DNA from: Vicugna vicugna
Taxonomy: Eukaryota
Assembly (NCBI GenBank): GCA_013265495.1
Contig: MU059756.1
Coordinates: 992,001 to 1,056,000 of the forward strand
Reading direction: 5' to 3'
Length of the DNA: 64,000 nt
The stretch's first letter is position 1, and each line of letters begins with the position of its first letter. Position numbers and translations under genes: made by a program. Of this stretch, positions 22,159 to 35,050 are shown in pieces. Under the pieces are notes generated by a model. It ran no database searches. It had not been told where the DNA came from and saw nothing but the letters and a program-made list of their open reading frames with translations.

Positions 22159-22369
22159 CAGTGTACAGTGAGCCATGTTTTTATCTGCTGCCCTCACCCA
22201 TTGCACTCAATGCAGTTTTGAGACCATGAAATGCTCTCTCTCATCACCAGCCTTGGTCCCTGCTGTCCTTTGCCTGTGATACTCTTTGATTCCAGGTGCC
22301 CTATTCTCCATGCCTTTTTTTTTTTTTTAAGACTATTCAGGGTTATTCTCTCAATTTTTAAAAGAGCTT

Positions 22370-23330
22370 TTTGGTAGACTTTTTTTTTTAAAAGAGGTTT
22401 TAGTTTTATGGAAAAATTGAGCAGGAAGCACAAAGAATTCTCATATGTATGTTTCCTTTCCACCCCCCTCTACAGTTTCACCTATTAGTAACATCTTATA
22501 TTAATGTGGTACCTTTGTTACCACTGATTAACCAAATATGATACCTTATTATTAACTGAAGTCCATCATTTACAGCAGGGTTCACCTTATGTTGTATATA
22601 GTTTTATGATTCTGACAAATGCAATGTGCCATGTATCTACCATCACGGTATCATACAGATACTGTTTGCTCTCACTCCCCTAAACATCCCCTATGCTCTG
22701 CCTCTTCATCCCTTCCTCTCTTCCCTGACCCCTGGCAACCACTGAACCTTCTACAGTCTCCAGAATGTCATATAGTTGGAATCATGCAGCCTCCCGCCTT
22801 TTCAGCTTGGCTTCTTTGACTCAGCGGTATGCATTTAAGGTGTCTTCATGAGGGTTCATGGCTTGCTATCTCATTTCTATTTATTGTTGATAATATTGTA
22901 TGGATGCACCACAGTTTGTTTATTCATTCACATATTGAAGGACATCTTGGTTGCTTCCACATTTGGGCAGTTATGGAAAAAGCTGCTATAAACATGTATG
23001 CAAATTTTTATGTTTATGTGAGTTTTCAACTTACTTGGATAAACACCAAGGAATGTAATTGCTGGATGTAGGTTAAGACTATGTTTAGCTTTGTAAGAAA
23101 CTTCCAAACTGTCTTCCAAAGTAGCAGTACCATTCTACATCACCCCTCACACTGTATGAAAATTACTGTTGTGTCACATCCTCACCAGCATTTGGTGCTG
23201 TCAGTGCTTTGGCCTTAAGTCATTAAGTAAGTACATAGTCGTATCTCATTATTGTTTTAAGTTGCATTTCCTTAATGACATGTGTTGTTGAGCCTCTTTT
23301 CATATACTTAATGCCATTTCTGCTCATTTG
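22370..23330 (-). mobile_element. L1MA/L1MB-type 3' end
   Basis: ttttatggaaaaattgagcaggaagcaca..; catatagttggaatcatgcag; ttcattcacatattgaaggacatcttggttgcttcc. Confidence 0.88.
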
Positions 23331-23384
23331 AACTATCAGCTTAGTTGATACTTTCTGCAGGAAGGTTACTCACCCCCATTGTAA

Positions 23385-24060
23385 CAGATAGCCTTTGCTG
23401 TGTAACAAGCCACTCCAGAATCCAGTAGCTTAAAACGACAATCATGCATCTGTGTGTCATATGGAGTTGAGCTGACTTAGGCTGGGTTGGGCTGGGTGGT
23501 TGTGCTTCAGACTGCAGTGGCTGGGCTGCTCTGCTTCTCACTGTAGTCTTGTGCATCTGCTGGGGTGGCTCAGTCCTCACGTCTCACACCTTCTATGGAC
23601 CAGTGGTGTGGCCAGTGTATGTTTTCATGGCAAAGGCAGAGGCACAAGAAGATGCATGGAAAAATGTGAAATTTCTCAGAGCCTAGGCTCACTAGCACAC
23701 ACTTGCAGTTAACCAAAGTCCAAAATCACATGGCCAAGCTCAAAGTCAAAAGGCAGGCTGAGGCCTTAGCAAGGGTGCGGATGCATGCATGCATGGAGGA
23801 GTAAAGAACTGGGGCCAAGAAGTCAACCTGCCACTGTCTGCCCCTTTGGTCACAAAAATAACTGAAATAAATACTTCTGTTTAACACACTCCTATTTCTT
23901 CCCACATGACACAGGCCATAGCAAGTCACATGGTCAAGCTCAAAGTCAAATGACACCATGATGAAGCCATGGCAAGGGAGACATAAAGAAGTGGGGTCAA
24001 AACTACCCCCATGAAAATGGAAATGGAAGAATGGTAGCCCTTCATGTCCATCACCTGCTT
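23385..24060 (-). mobile_element. Old MaLR LTR(s) (MLT1H-K-like), two adjacent pieces
   Basis: tttgctgtgtaacaagccactcc..agcttaaaac; cacatggccaagctcaaagtcaaa occurs twice (about 23728 and 23928). Confidence 0.65.
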
Positions 24061-24902
24061 TGACCAGTCCTGGAAGGGCATATTGTCTTTAAAGAAATCT
24101 TCGCATCTGTGCAAATTTCTCGGAATGCTTCTGGCCTGGGAAAAGGTGGGGGCTCAGACATTTTTTTTTCACATTTCAAACAGTCAAGTCCATTTTAGTC
24201 AAGGCTAGGAATACCTTTGCCAATGATTCTCTCAAAATTTTTCTCAGTTTTACAAATAAACGGAAACAAACAACAAACAAAATAAGTGGCGAGAAAGCAC
24301 ATTTTTGGTCGTAGAAAGGTGAGATAAAGGAATGAATTTTCTTAAATGAATAAATAAAAGGAGAAGAGCAACTAAAATTTTATCCCATACATATTTCTAT
24401 AGGCATAGTGTTAGGGATTTAAGTAATTCAAGATTGTACTAAAACATACAGTTAATAAAATCATTTATAACAGGTATTATCTTGGTAGTAGTATATTGAA
24501 ATGGATATTTTAACTTCCCTGAATCTAAGTAGGTCAGATTAAACAAGGTGTTCTTCAGTGGAAATGTTTGTGCAATTAGTATAATTTGTGTAATTAGTGG
24601 TTAACATGTAAGTCCTAAGAAAGTCTGTTTAGAAGATGTCACAACCACTGAGAAAGTGAATGACTAATGTCTGGGTACAGACTTTATGCAAAATGATGGT
24701 TTCTAATTCTTTGCATTTAAGAAAATTACAATAGAGTTTAATTGGGTTTTCAATTGATAGAACTTTTAAATTTAGCTTTGGTAAATGGTTACTCTGTGAT
24801 TTTAGCATTTACTTCAGAAGACGTTCAAAGAATTGAATGACATGGCTCTGACCAAATTCCTTCCATTCTCATTAACTTCATTTAAGGGCACAATTTCTCA
24901 GC

Positions 24903-24935
<33 letters not shown>

Positions 24936-24968
24936 TATATATATGTACACACACACATACACATACTA
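24903..24968. repeat. Compound (TA)n(CA)n microsatellite
   Basis: Read directly. Confidence 0.9.
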
Positions 24969-25194
24969 TAAACAAACAAGAAAATAAAATGAATAAAATT
25001 GAGGAAAAACCTGTATGAGTTTTTTTAATGTATTTTTTCCTGGCCCACCAATGTGTCGGAATCATTTGGGACATGCCTCTCTGTATCTCTGTCTGTCTGT
25101 CTTTCTCCATATTTGCTGTTAATCTGGGCATATCAGGTTGCTTGTGGGACTGTGCATAAGTTTTCCAGGAACCTGGTTGTCCAGCCAAAAGAAT

Positions 25195-25375
25195 CTCCTC
25201 CTAGCCCAGGGCTACCCCAAGGTGCAGCATCAGCATCACTTGGAACCTGGTCCAAACACAAGTTCTTAAGCTCCTCCCCACAACCACTGACTCAGAATCT
25301 CCAGGGCTGGTGCCCCGGTGTCTGTGTTAACAAGCCTTCCAGGTGACTCTGGAGCAGACTAAAGCTCGAGCGCAC
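25195..25375. mobile_element. MER5A (hAT-Charlie)
   Basis: gcagcatcagcatcacttggaacc..gactcagaatctccagggctggtgccc..ttaacaagccttccaggtgactct. Confidence 0.8.
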
Positions 25376-25914
25376 TCTCCTGGATGGCACCTTATTTCTT
25401 TTAGAGTTTGGTCATGACCCTGAGGACCTGGCTTAACCGGCAGTGCCCAGGACTGGTCCTTGTTTCTAAGGTGTATCTTGGTGACCACAGCCTTGACTTG
25501 ATCTTTGTCTCCAGGCTGTGCGGTATTTGAGAATCTTTAACTGGCTGGGAAGTCTGGCAATGAAAGAGTCTTATTTTCCAACCCAGCTAGTTCTGCGCTC
25601 TCTGTGAGCCCTCTAAATTCTGCTTGCGATCTGACTGCTTCTCTGAGTGGCACCATACCATATGCGGCTGAAAGCGACCAGCTGCTGGTTGTCATTGTTG
25701 GCCTGGCAGTCGTTTTGTCCAAGTCTCCGGGTCATTAGGTGCATTTTCTATCTTCTACATTAACTCAGGTGACAGTTTTACCAGATGTTTTATCATCACA
25801 TAGCATAGGTCACTCTTTCCTAGTCTTGATAACAGTGTCTTTGCTATTTTTTCAGCCTCTATCTGCCTTCTAAGACCAAAGCTAAGACCATACATTTTAG
25901 GACTTTATTGAGGC

Positions 25915-26340
25915 ACCAGTTTCTGCAAGGGTTTGATATTGTTCCATAACAAACCACTCCAAAACTTAGTGCTTAAAATAATAATTATTTATTGTTGCTC
26001 ACCTGTCCATGGGCTGGCTGGGATTCAGCTGATAGGCTGGGTTTGCTCACGTGGCTCTGCTCCAGGTGTCTCACATCTTCCTTGGACCAGTGGGTGAGCC
26101 CCAGTCCATTCTTCTCATCAAAATGGTAGATGGCCAAGAAGGCAAGTGGGAATATGTGACGCTTCTTAAATCCTACGCTCAGAACTAGCATACTATCACT
26201 CTGCCCATGTGTTGCTGGCTAAAGCAAGTCATGTGGTCAAGCCTGAAGCCAAGGGACACCCATGATGAAAACATGACAAGAGTATGGATACAGGGAGGGG
26301 TAAAGAATTGAGAATAATACTTCAGTCTGGCATCGCCTCC
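25915..26340 (-). mobile_element. Old MaLR LTR (MLT1I/J-like)
   Basis: cataacaaaccactccaaaacttagtgcttaaaataataattattt..; aaagcaagtcatgtggtcaagcc. Confidence 0.7.
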
Positions 26341-27484
26341 TGCATAAAAATAGGAATCTCTCCTATGTATTACCAAAACTCTTAAAATTTTCCTTCCAGA
26401 GCATTTGTGTCGCTGTTTTTCGTTTCTTCCTCTCACCTATTAAACTGAATTCCAGAAGAGCGAGGGCTATGTCATCGTTGTGCCTCCAGAGCCCAGACAG
26501 TGCCTGGCACAAAGTAGATGCTCAGTAAATGCTTGTGGAACAAGTGAAGGACCAGACGCAGGAGTGAGTGCTTTCCTGAAGGGCCGCTTGCCAAGTTAGA
26601 TCTACAGAGACTACGAATTCGGTTCTGACTTGGAATGTCGTCTAGACATTTAATTTGAACCTTCAAGATTTTCACTGGTATGTCTTCTTAGGAAAATAAA
26701 ACTTACATTTACGTTTGAAATTCATAGAAGCAAAGTGATGCTTAGCGTTTGGAAGACACCATAAACGGAAAAAGAGTAACAAAAGGGAAAGAAAAAGAAG
26801 GAACTGAAGGGAAACTGTTGAAAGGGGAGAGTGGGTGAAATCCCTGTGTGGGTTTTCATGCTACTTTCTCCCTTTTCCTCAGACTTCTTTCCAAAAGGAT
26901 GAGTGAGGGAGTCCTAAGTAGCTGTCCCCGGGGGCCCAGCCTGTCGCTGCCTGTGTTTTGTCATCTGAGCCCAGAATCAGTCGGAGAGGGGATAGTGCTG
27001 GAGTAAAAGCTCCTTGTGAAGCCCTGCTGGCGGACTGTGTGACGACCTCGTGAGCCACGTGGTTCAGTTTGACGTCTGCCAGACCTGCCACACCGCCCTT
27101 CTGCCGTGTTCACAGCCTGGCTGCCACTGCCTGCAACAGTGACACTATTTCTCCCCTTCATAACCCACTCTTCTCTGTCTGTTCTTCCAGAATTTCATTG
27201 TTACAAACACGTTGCAGCGCTTGGGGCTGAAAGGAGAAAGAAATATTTAAATTCCACCAGACTCTAAGGTCAGTGCCAATCGAATGACTCCCTCTGTCTG
27301 GACAGCCTAGATCTCTGCTTCTCAGTACAAGCCCTTCACGTTGGTTGAGTCCCATGATCTTGCTCGTGCTGGGCCTGGCCTTTCCCCCCAGGCTCCGCAG
27401 AACTCACCCCATCCAGCCTTCACGTGGGGAGCACCACGCAGGACACGGGCCAGGGGGTGGTGCTGCCGTGGACTCAGAGGCCTG

Positions 27485-27630
27485 CTCTGCTCCCTACTGG
27501 CTGTGTCACTTGAGGGGAGTTATCTAACCTCTCTGAACTCGTTTTTTCATTTGTAAATGGGAACAGCAGAGGACTATTGTGAGCGTGAGTCATCGCATCA
27601 CATACAGCAGAGAAAGTGCCCGGCACACAA
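27485..27630 (+). mobile_element. MIR SINE
   Basis: ctactggctgtgtcacttgaggggagttatctaacctctctgaactcgtttttcatttgtaaatggg. Confidence 0.75.
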
Positions 27631-28339
27631 CTTTCTGAAATAGAGACTCACCCCGGGGCTCTCCCTTCTCCTTGCTCACACTTCTCAGGCAGAATTTGCC
27701 ACCTTGTATGGTCTTCGTGATTCCATGGGTTTACTCTTGCCTATCACTTCAGATTAAATTTCCTTATGAGCAGGAAGCCTTGACTGTGTTCTTTTGAGCC
27801 CTTTATAGTACTTGGTGTTGATTGGTTATATGATGCGACACGACTAAATCTCTGTCTTAAAAAACCAACCTATTTTAACTGTTGTACAACATGTTCTGTT
27901 TTGTGTAAAGTTTCCAAGTGTTTGAGGATACAGAGTAGAGTTTCAGAGATCTCTTTATGAATGTTTCATGTTGACATGTGGCTTCCGGATTAAGAAAAAC
28001 ATTTAAGGAGCCTGGGTATCTGACACTTAGAGTTTGTTTATTTGACACATTTTTGTGTATGCCAGGCTGGCTGTTCCCGGCTCTGAAACTGATGAACAAG
28101 ACAGGAAAAAAAAAAATCAAGCAAACAGGCAAAACCCACTCTACCTGCAAGGAGCTTATATTCTAGTAGTTTATAGTACTAAAATATGGCATAACATTTC
28201 TTGGAATTTTTTTTAACTCACTGCCTTTGAAGACTGCTTTTTGTGTATCTTCTAAATTACTCTGTTTCAAACAAAATACTAGGAGCTGTGAAAAATTATT
28301 ACAAAAGTTTACTTATTTATTTGTCAGCTGTTGTTCTTC

Positions 28340-28490
28340 ACATTTAAATACATTAACTTATTAATTCTCATGGTAACATGAGAAGGTGGGTACTATTTAT
28401 TATGCCCATCTTATAGATTACAAAAGTGAGGCATGGGGAGGGTCAGTAAGTGCCAGATTTACATCCAGAGGTGATGAGCAGAGGTCTTAG
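28340..28490 (-). mobile_element. MIR SINE
   Basis: gtactatttattatgcccatcttatagattacaaaagtgaggcatgggg. Confidence 0.65.
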
Positions 28491-28699
28491 CTGCAGCATC
28501 ATCCTGAACTTTTACTGAAAAGAAAGTACAGCAAGTTTTGAGTTTCCTAAGGAAAAGACCTAAAAGCTAGATTTATTTAACCAGAAAACCTTTTCTCTTT
28601 GTATCATATTCTTGTCTTTTCAAAGGCAGTAACAGAGAAGTTGGTCTGGGATGGAGATGATAACAAAGGGGGAGGTGAACACAGGGGGTGAGGAAGGGA

Positions 28700-29355
28700 T
28701 GAGGTGTAAGAAACCCGGGAGTGTGCTGTGGTGCAGTCACTGTGGAGAACGATATGATGGTTCCTCAAAAAGTGAAACATGGAATTGCTATACGATCCAG
28801 CAATTCTGGATCTACACCCCGAAAAACTGAAAGCAGGGACTTGAACAGATACTTGTACACTCATGTTCATAGCAGCATTATTCACAACAGCCAAAAGGCA
28901 GAAATAACCTGAATGTCTATTGATGAACAAAATATGTTACATACATGGAATGGAATATTATTCAGTCAAAAAAAGTAATTCTGATACACACAACAACATA
29001 GATGAACCTTGAAGATACTACACTAAGTGAAATAAGCCAGTGACAAAAAGACAGACATTGTATGATTCCACGTATATGACGTAATTAGAGTAGTCAGATT
29101 CAAAGAGACAGAAAGGAGAATGGTGATTGCCAGGGGCTGGGGGTGGGGAGAAAGGAGACTTATTTAATGGGGACAGAGTTTCAGCTGGGGAAGATGAAAA
29201 GAGTTCTCGATGCTGAAAGAGTTCTGGACGGATGGAGGTGGTGGTTGTACAACAACGTGAATGTACTTAAAGCCACAGAAGTGCACACTTAAAAATGGCT
29301 AAAATGGTAAATTATGTGCTGTGTGTATTTTGCCACAATTAACATCAACCAAAAA
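28700..29355 (+). mobile_element. L1MB-type 3' end
   Basis: ccagcaattctggatctacaccccgaaaaactgaaagcagggacttgaacagat..; gatgaaccttgaagatactacactaagtgaaataagccagtgacaaaaagac; ttgccacaatt-A tail. Confidence 0.9.
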
Positions 29356-30279
29356 AGAGAAGTCTGGAGGAGGGGTCTGGGAAGCGTGCCCTTTAGACCC
29401 AGGGGTTTACAGGAGTCACAACTTGCCCTCTTCTTTCCTTGAACTCAGGTTGCTCAGAGGGCAGGTACCAACCTGGGGTCACACCTGAGAAGATTCAGTT
29501 CAAGCCCTCGTAGTTGGTGTCAAACTCGATTTGAAGAACTTCTTTGCCTCTGATGCTCATGCACAAGTAGGAACGGCTCTCCTGTCCCCGCGGCTTTCAG
29601 TGCAGTTGGAGGCAGTTCAGGCCCTGCAGACCCCATGCTCCACGGGGAGCCAAGGGGGCTGGGGCGGGAGCGGGGTGTGAAGCTCTTCCTCCAAGGCAGT
29701 GACCTTTCCCTGCAGAAGTGGGGAGATGCTTGCTCGCTGCCCATATGTGCTCAGGACCCTGCTTGGGATCAGGCCTGTCAGCCAGAAAGCCAGCAGGTGT
29801 GCGGAGGGAGGAAGCCAGGCTTCTGGGAAAGGTTGCGCCCTCACCCCACCTTCCCTGGGCTGCACGTGGTGGGGGGCACCACTCCTCTCAGGCGGGCCCT
29901 GAAACCACAGCTTCAAAGCTTGTCAGGGTTTAAGTCTCAGTTTTCCTTCAAGATGAGTTGAGCTTTGTGGTGCTGAGCACGAGGGGGCGCTTGGGATGAA
30001 CCAACCTCCTGGAAGATGCCCAAGGGGCTGAGATTTGCATCTACTGCTTGGCCTCCAGAAAAGGGGGGCTTCACCTGGGCTGCATCTGAGAAAGTTGGAG
30101 CACAGCCTCTGCTTCTGTGGGCGCCAAGTTCTAGACTTTTTCCTTTAGAACTCTCTAGAACTGGAGAGAGTTCTTGACAACAGATTGACATACTGGAAGA
30201 GTAAAAGATACGCTGTGGAAGCAGCTTGCCCCAGGTTGATGCATATTTTATTTAACCAACGCTTCCCCTGCAGCCCCCA

Positions 30280-30450
30280 AGTGCTTTACAAAGAGTAACT
30301 TTTATAGCCGTCCTAACAGCCTTATGAAGTATCTGTCCCATTGTACAGATGACAAAGCTGAGGCACAGAGAGGTTAAGTAACTTGCTGAAGGTGACCCAG
30401 CTTGTAAGAGGTGGTACCAGGTAACCTGAGGTCAAATTTTTTCTTCTAAC
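30280..30450 (-). mobile_element. MIR SINE
   Basis: cccattgtacagatgacaaagctgaggcacagagaggttaagtaacttgc. Confidence 0.85.
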
Positions 30451-30839
30451 CACCATTTGGAGGGAAGACTTGAAGAGTCCAGTACAAGTCCTACTGTGGC
30501 TCTGTCTTTAAGAGCTGCAACTTCTGGTGCCATCTGACACATCCCCTGAGCTTTACAAAAGCAGCCACAGCTTCAGCACTGAAGGCTTACTTTTCTGAGG
30601 CTCAACTTCTGAGTCCCTCCTTCTGAGAAAAATGGAGACAGCACATTCTAATTCGGTCAGCAGCTTGGAACGGGTGGATTGCTCTGCAGAATGAATGGGG
30701 GTGGAGGCTAGCACCAGCCTGGAACACCAGGCCCCAGTGGCAAATGCATGATTTGTGCTTATTAAAGAGATTGACTGCACAAAGGGATTCCTCGATTTCT
30801 TGCAGGAGCCGAATGATATGATAAACAGAACAAAGTTTT

Positions 30840-31290
30840 GGAGACAGAAGCCCAGCTGTGTGACCTTGAGGAAGTCCCCATCTCTCTTTAAGTCTAGTTC
30901 TCTTGTTACAGAACAGAGCCAATAATACCTTCTCACAGGGTGCCTACACAGACTGAGTAAGCTGGTATAGGGCTGATCTGATGATCCGATAGTCAACTGC
31001 GAGAAGTGACATTCCAAGAGGGTGTGCCACAAGAAGACTGGGGATCTGGAGGTGTGCTCTGGAATGGGAACATCCCTAGCTGGGAGGTGCGGCGGAATGA
31101 AAGATGGGGCTTTAGGAGCCAGCCACTTCTGGGATCAACTCCTGGCTCTGTCACTTGCTACCTCTGTGACCTCGGGAAAAAATATCTAAACTCTCTAATT
31201 TCAGTTTCATCAATAAAATGAGCATGTTAATACACATCTCTCAGGGCTGTCAAATTTTGTGAAATAATGAATGTAGAGGTTGTGAAAAAT
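30840..31290 (+). mobile_element. Two MIR SINEs (about 30840-30965 and 31110-31290)
   Basis: agctgtgtgaccttgaggaagt..; ctgggatcaactcctggctctgtcacttgctacctctgtgacctcgggaaa. Confidence 0.7.
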
Positions 31291-33049
31291 GCCAGTTTTC
31301 TCTAGCCTTCTAGTCCATAGCTTCATCTGTTAAATAGCAGTAAGAATATCCATCTCTGAGTGTTTATGGCAGAAAAGCACTCCTCCCAGCATTCGTCGTA
31401 CCTATTGTGGCTGTTATTTGTAGCCGTCAACCTTGTTGAATGACATATAACGCAGGAGGAGGGAGGAGAATCACGGACGGTGACAGGAGCTCATCGGAGG
31501 CTGCTCTAGTCGACAAGCTCTGAGGGCATTTTCCCCATTTCCCTCTTGTCCAAGTCATTCCTCTGTGTCACTGGCACATGCTGAGTCTTTGTACTGGGAC
31601 TTGGAGGCCTAGGTCTTGAGGAGGACAAAGCCAAGGATGCCTCTCTCTCCTCCCCTGTCTTTCCCTCTGTAAACTCACTTCTTGACAACATCTTTCAGTT
31701 TTGACCCCAAAGAGGGGGCACTTCTGTCCCAATAATACAAGGATGTCTGGTGGGTCCACGAATGGGCTTCAGATGAGGTGTGTGGCCCCTGACACTGGTT
31801 CACATTTCTTCAGCTAGAGGAGCCTGGGCGTTCATGAGGCTCCCCCAGCCCCTCTCCTGCAAAGCTTAGGAAGCACAGTTCTGAGGGAAGATGGATGCAG
31901 AAATGCTACCCCATTTGGGACCTAAACACTATTTATTTCTGCAAAAGGCTGGGAGGCCGATTTCATTGGAACTTTTCCCACTCTCTTTAACACAGAAGTT
32001 GTAGCAATAAAAAAAGGTCAAAATCTTTTGTGCAATTTCTTTCCCTCAAGTATTTATTTTTACTCTCATGGGAGGAAGTCCTGTGTCTTGGGCCCAACAG
32101 ACCCCCGTCTCTGGACCTGCCCACAGACCAGGTAAACTTGCCTTTTCTAGGAGATCTTTGTCCTTGAACCCCTTAACTCCGTGATGAATGTTGTCATTAA
32201 AAGTCCGCAGCTGAGCAGAAGCCCTCCTGGACTCAGAGTTATTGAGTCTTTCTGCCTCTGTGAGATGGTTACTGGGTAGGGGGCTCTGAGTGACCTCGTG
32301 AACTTTCCTTACCACCAAAAACAGCCTTGCCCAACGCACCTGACCCCCAGAGGCCAGAACTCTAGTTGTATCATTTAAAGAAATTTCTTCTTATTCAACT
32401 TCTAGAGCATCCTCGCTTGTGGCTTTTGAAAGCCATTTGGCCCAAAACAAGCACCGCAGAATGACTGGCTCTCTTTGGCATTTGTTCACCATAAATCCAG
32501 CCCAGCTTAGGTGAATCTCAGCTTGAGCTGGAAAGAGAACTTGCTTAGTTATGCTGGGTCATAGGCACTAAATTGAGCCGTATTGTTCCTTTTCTTTGGT
32601 GATAGAAACAAGCCCACGGACTGCTCAGCTTTTGTCAGTGACTGTAATCAGTCAAGTCTGCTTGCTGAGCCATAACTCAGAAGGAAAAAGTCTGATAACT
32701 TAGTCTGAGCTTCACCTTTCATGAGCCATCAGTTCATACATCACCCATGACATGAAAAAGGCCTCATTCCCACAGCGTTAGCCCCAGAAGGCTTTTCCTG
32801 GTGTTAAGTTCTTAAAAATAGCATTTGGGCTTAGGACATCATTCTCCAAAATTTTACACAAGTGCCCATGATTCTACTAAATCAGCCCTGCAGGATGATT
32901 CCTCAGGGCTCCTTCTGTTTATTTAGGCCAGAGTGAGCATTCAGGAAAGTAATATTTTGCAGGTCAATACTTTATTGCCTGATCCAGGCTACAACATGTA
33001 CTACACCTTGAACACCGGTCAACAGGGGCTCTGAGGGTGGAGGTTTGCC

Positions 33050-33370
33050 TGCTTGTCGTTGAGAACATCAATCATTGACCACGTATTTACTGAACATCTA
33101 CCCTGTGCCAGGCACGGTATCAGACACAGGGGCCAAGGCAGGGATGAGGGTGGGCAGGCTCTTGGTCTTCTGAAGTTTGTATTTTATGGAGGCGCTCAAC
33201 CAAATAAACCAAATCATTGTAGACAGGCAGTAGGACTATGAAGGAAGCAACTAGGGTGAGGCGATAAGGCACAATGAAGACCGGGAGGGTCACGGAAGGT
33301 GCCTCTGCCGCAAGACATTTCAGCTGACCCTGAAGGATGAGAAGGGGCCAGCTGGGCCAGAGGAGAGAAG
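33050..33370 (-). mobile_element. L2 relic
   Basis: caatcattgaccacgtatttactgaacatctaccctgtgccaggcacggt..; tttcagctgaccctgaaggatgagaagg. Confidence 0.75.
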
Positions 33371-34368
33371 TGAGCCAGCAAGGGACCCTTTCCTCATCTT
33401 AATATTGCTGGATAATGATCACTCATGGCTTCTTCATCCACCAGATGATTAGAAACCTGAACTTTTGTCTCACTTAGAATACGGCTTGAGACTAGCTAGC
33501 TGTGATGTTGGGAGATTCAAAGAATTATCCTGAGTAGTTGAGCCATTGTAGAGAAGAATCCCCTTTTCTGCAGACCCCCTGCTGGAACCTGGGGGTGTTC
33601 TGCCTGCGGGAAGGGTGAACCTAGATCACCCCTGCCTGGTTCACTGCAGCCCAGGGAGGACACCAAGAATGAGCCTTGTTGATCCACAGGCTCCCGGTGG
33701 AGAAATTACTTCCTGGTTGTACATTAGTCACCAGGGGGAGTGGACTTTCCTTCCAGAGGTCAGGCATGCTGTTTAGTACCGAGATTCCTAACTTATGGAA
33801 AACTGGGGCATCCTGATGTCATTTGTTAGAGTTCATGATTACCTCATCCTCTGAAAGTGCCGTGAGGCTTGTGCTTGTGTTAAACATTTAACTGGATATA
33901 AAATTCATTTCACTTCGAGGGGTTTTGAGAAATTGATGAAACCCCAGGTGTTGCAAAACCGTTTCTAAGACTTGAATAGTACAATGATCCGTTCGGGACC
34001 CTAACAGCCAGAAAGAATAGTTTCCTAAGGTGCTTACGTAGCTCAGGAAGGGAGGCAATTTCACCATCTGAAACAAGGGAAACTCTGAAGATAAAAGCAG
34101 TGGTAGGCTTGCATTTGGATAAAATGTTTGGGTAGAACGGTGGGCGATTTGCCTGACCTTTGAGAAGTACAGACTGTTCCCGGGTTTACCCACACCACGC
34201 AGGCACGATTCCCAGAACTGCTGCTCGCCACCAATGGCAGTGGTGATGTGGGGCCCCCATTTCTCCTTCGTGGATCTAGAGGTGCTGAGATTTCCTGTCC
34301 CACTCCTTCGTGAAGCCTGCCACAACATTTCCTGGGAGATGCTCAGTGAAATTTTTTCACTTATGCAC

Positions 34369-34770
34369 TGTTATGAATTGAACTGTGTCCCTTAAATAAG
34401 ACANNNNNNNNNNNNNNNNNNNNNNNNNNNNNNNNNNNNNNNNNNNNNNNNNNNNNNNNNNNNNNNNNNNNNNNNNNNNNNNNNNNNNNNNNNNNNNNNN
34501 NNNNNNNNNNNNNNNNNNNNNNNNNNNNNNNNNNNNNNNNNNNNNNNNNNNNNTATAGGGAAGACAGTGTGAAGACATAGGAAGTCTACGAGCCAAGGAT
34601 CCCCTGAAGCGACCAGAAGCTAGAAAGAGGCATGGAACAGCCTCACAGCCCAGAAGGACCAACCCTGCTGACAGCTTAACTTTGGCCTTCCAGTCTCCAG
34701 AACTCTGAAACAATAAATTGCTGGTAAGCCACCTAGCACCGTGTTACTGCAGCTTTCGGAAGCTAACCCA
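34369..34770 (+). mobile_element. MaLR solo LTR (MLT1B/C-like) spanning an assembly gap
   Basis: tgttatgaattgaactgtgtccc..; ggaccaaccctgctgacagcttaactttggccttccagtctccagaactctgaaacaataaatt. Confidence 0.8.
34404..34553. other. Assembly gap (150 N)
   Basis: N run. Confidence 1.
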
Positions 34771-34879
34771 CGTCCCATGTATTTTCTCAAATATAATGTG
34801 AACACATACTTGGAGCAAGAAACTTCTTAGACCCTCCTTTACCTGAGGTTCAGAGCTGCCGAGAACTTGAAAGCCTTTG

Positions 34880-35050
34880 TCATCACTGTCATCATAGTTG
34901 TTATCACTGTCCTGTGCCAAGCCCTGTATCTAGTGCTCTACTTCCATAACTTCATGTATTTCCTAAAGGGTAGATAACAATGTACCCATTTTACAGGATA
35001 GTAAGGTGAAAGAACCCATCTGATTAATGATGGGAGCTGAGTTTTAACAA
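34880..35050 (-). mobile_element. MIR SINE
   Basis: gtgccaagccctgtatctagtgctctac..aatgtacccattttacaggatag. Confidence 0.65.

Noticed and set aside
29195-29226. Short local duplication tgaaa(a)gagttct (also gctcactgcct twice near 41225)
   Set aside because: Ordinary slippage-scale duplications inside old repeats.
29488-29596. Protein-looking minus-strand frame KPRGQESRSYLCMSIRGKEVLQIEFDTNYEGLN*
   Set aside because: It is bounded by stops, has no polypyrimidine acceptor and I recognise no homolog.
30553-31032. 159-aa minus-strand ORF, the longest in the track
   Set aside because: Non-ATG start, overlaps a MIR, no domain or splice support; this length is plausible by chance in GC-richer DNA.
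32663-32673. ARE/MARE-like TGCTGAGCCAT (and MAF half-sites near 4488 and 4564)
   Set aside because: Mismatch in the AP-1 core or half-sites only; not distinguishable from background.
33888-34328. 146-aa minus-strand ORF
   Set aside because: No recognisable motif and no supporting splice structure.
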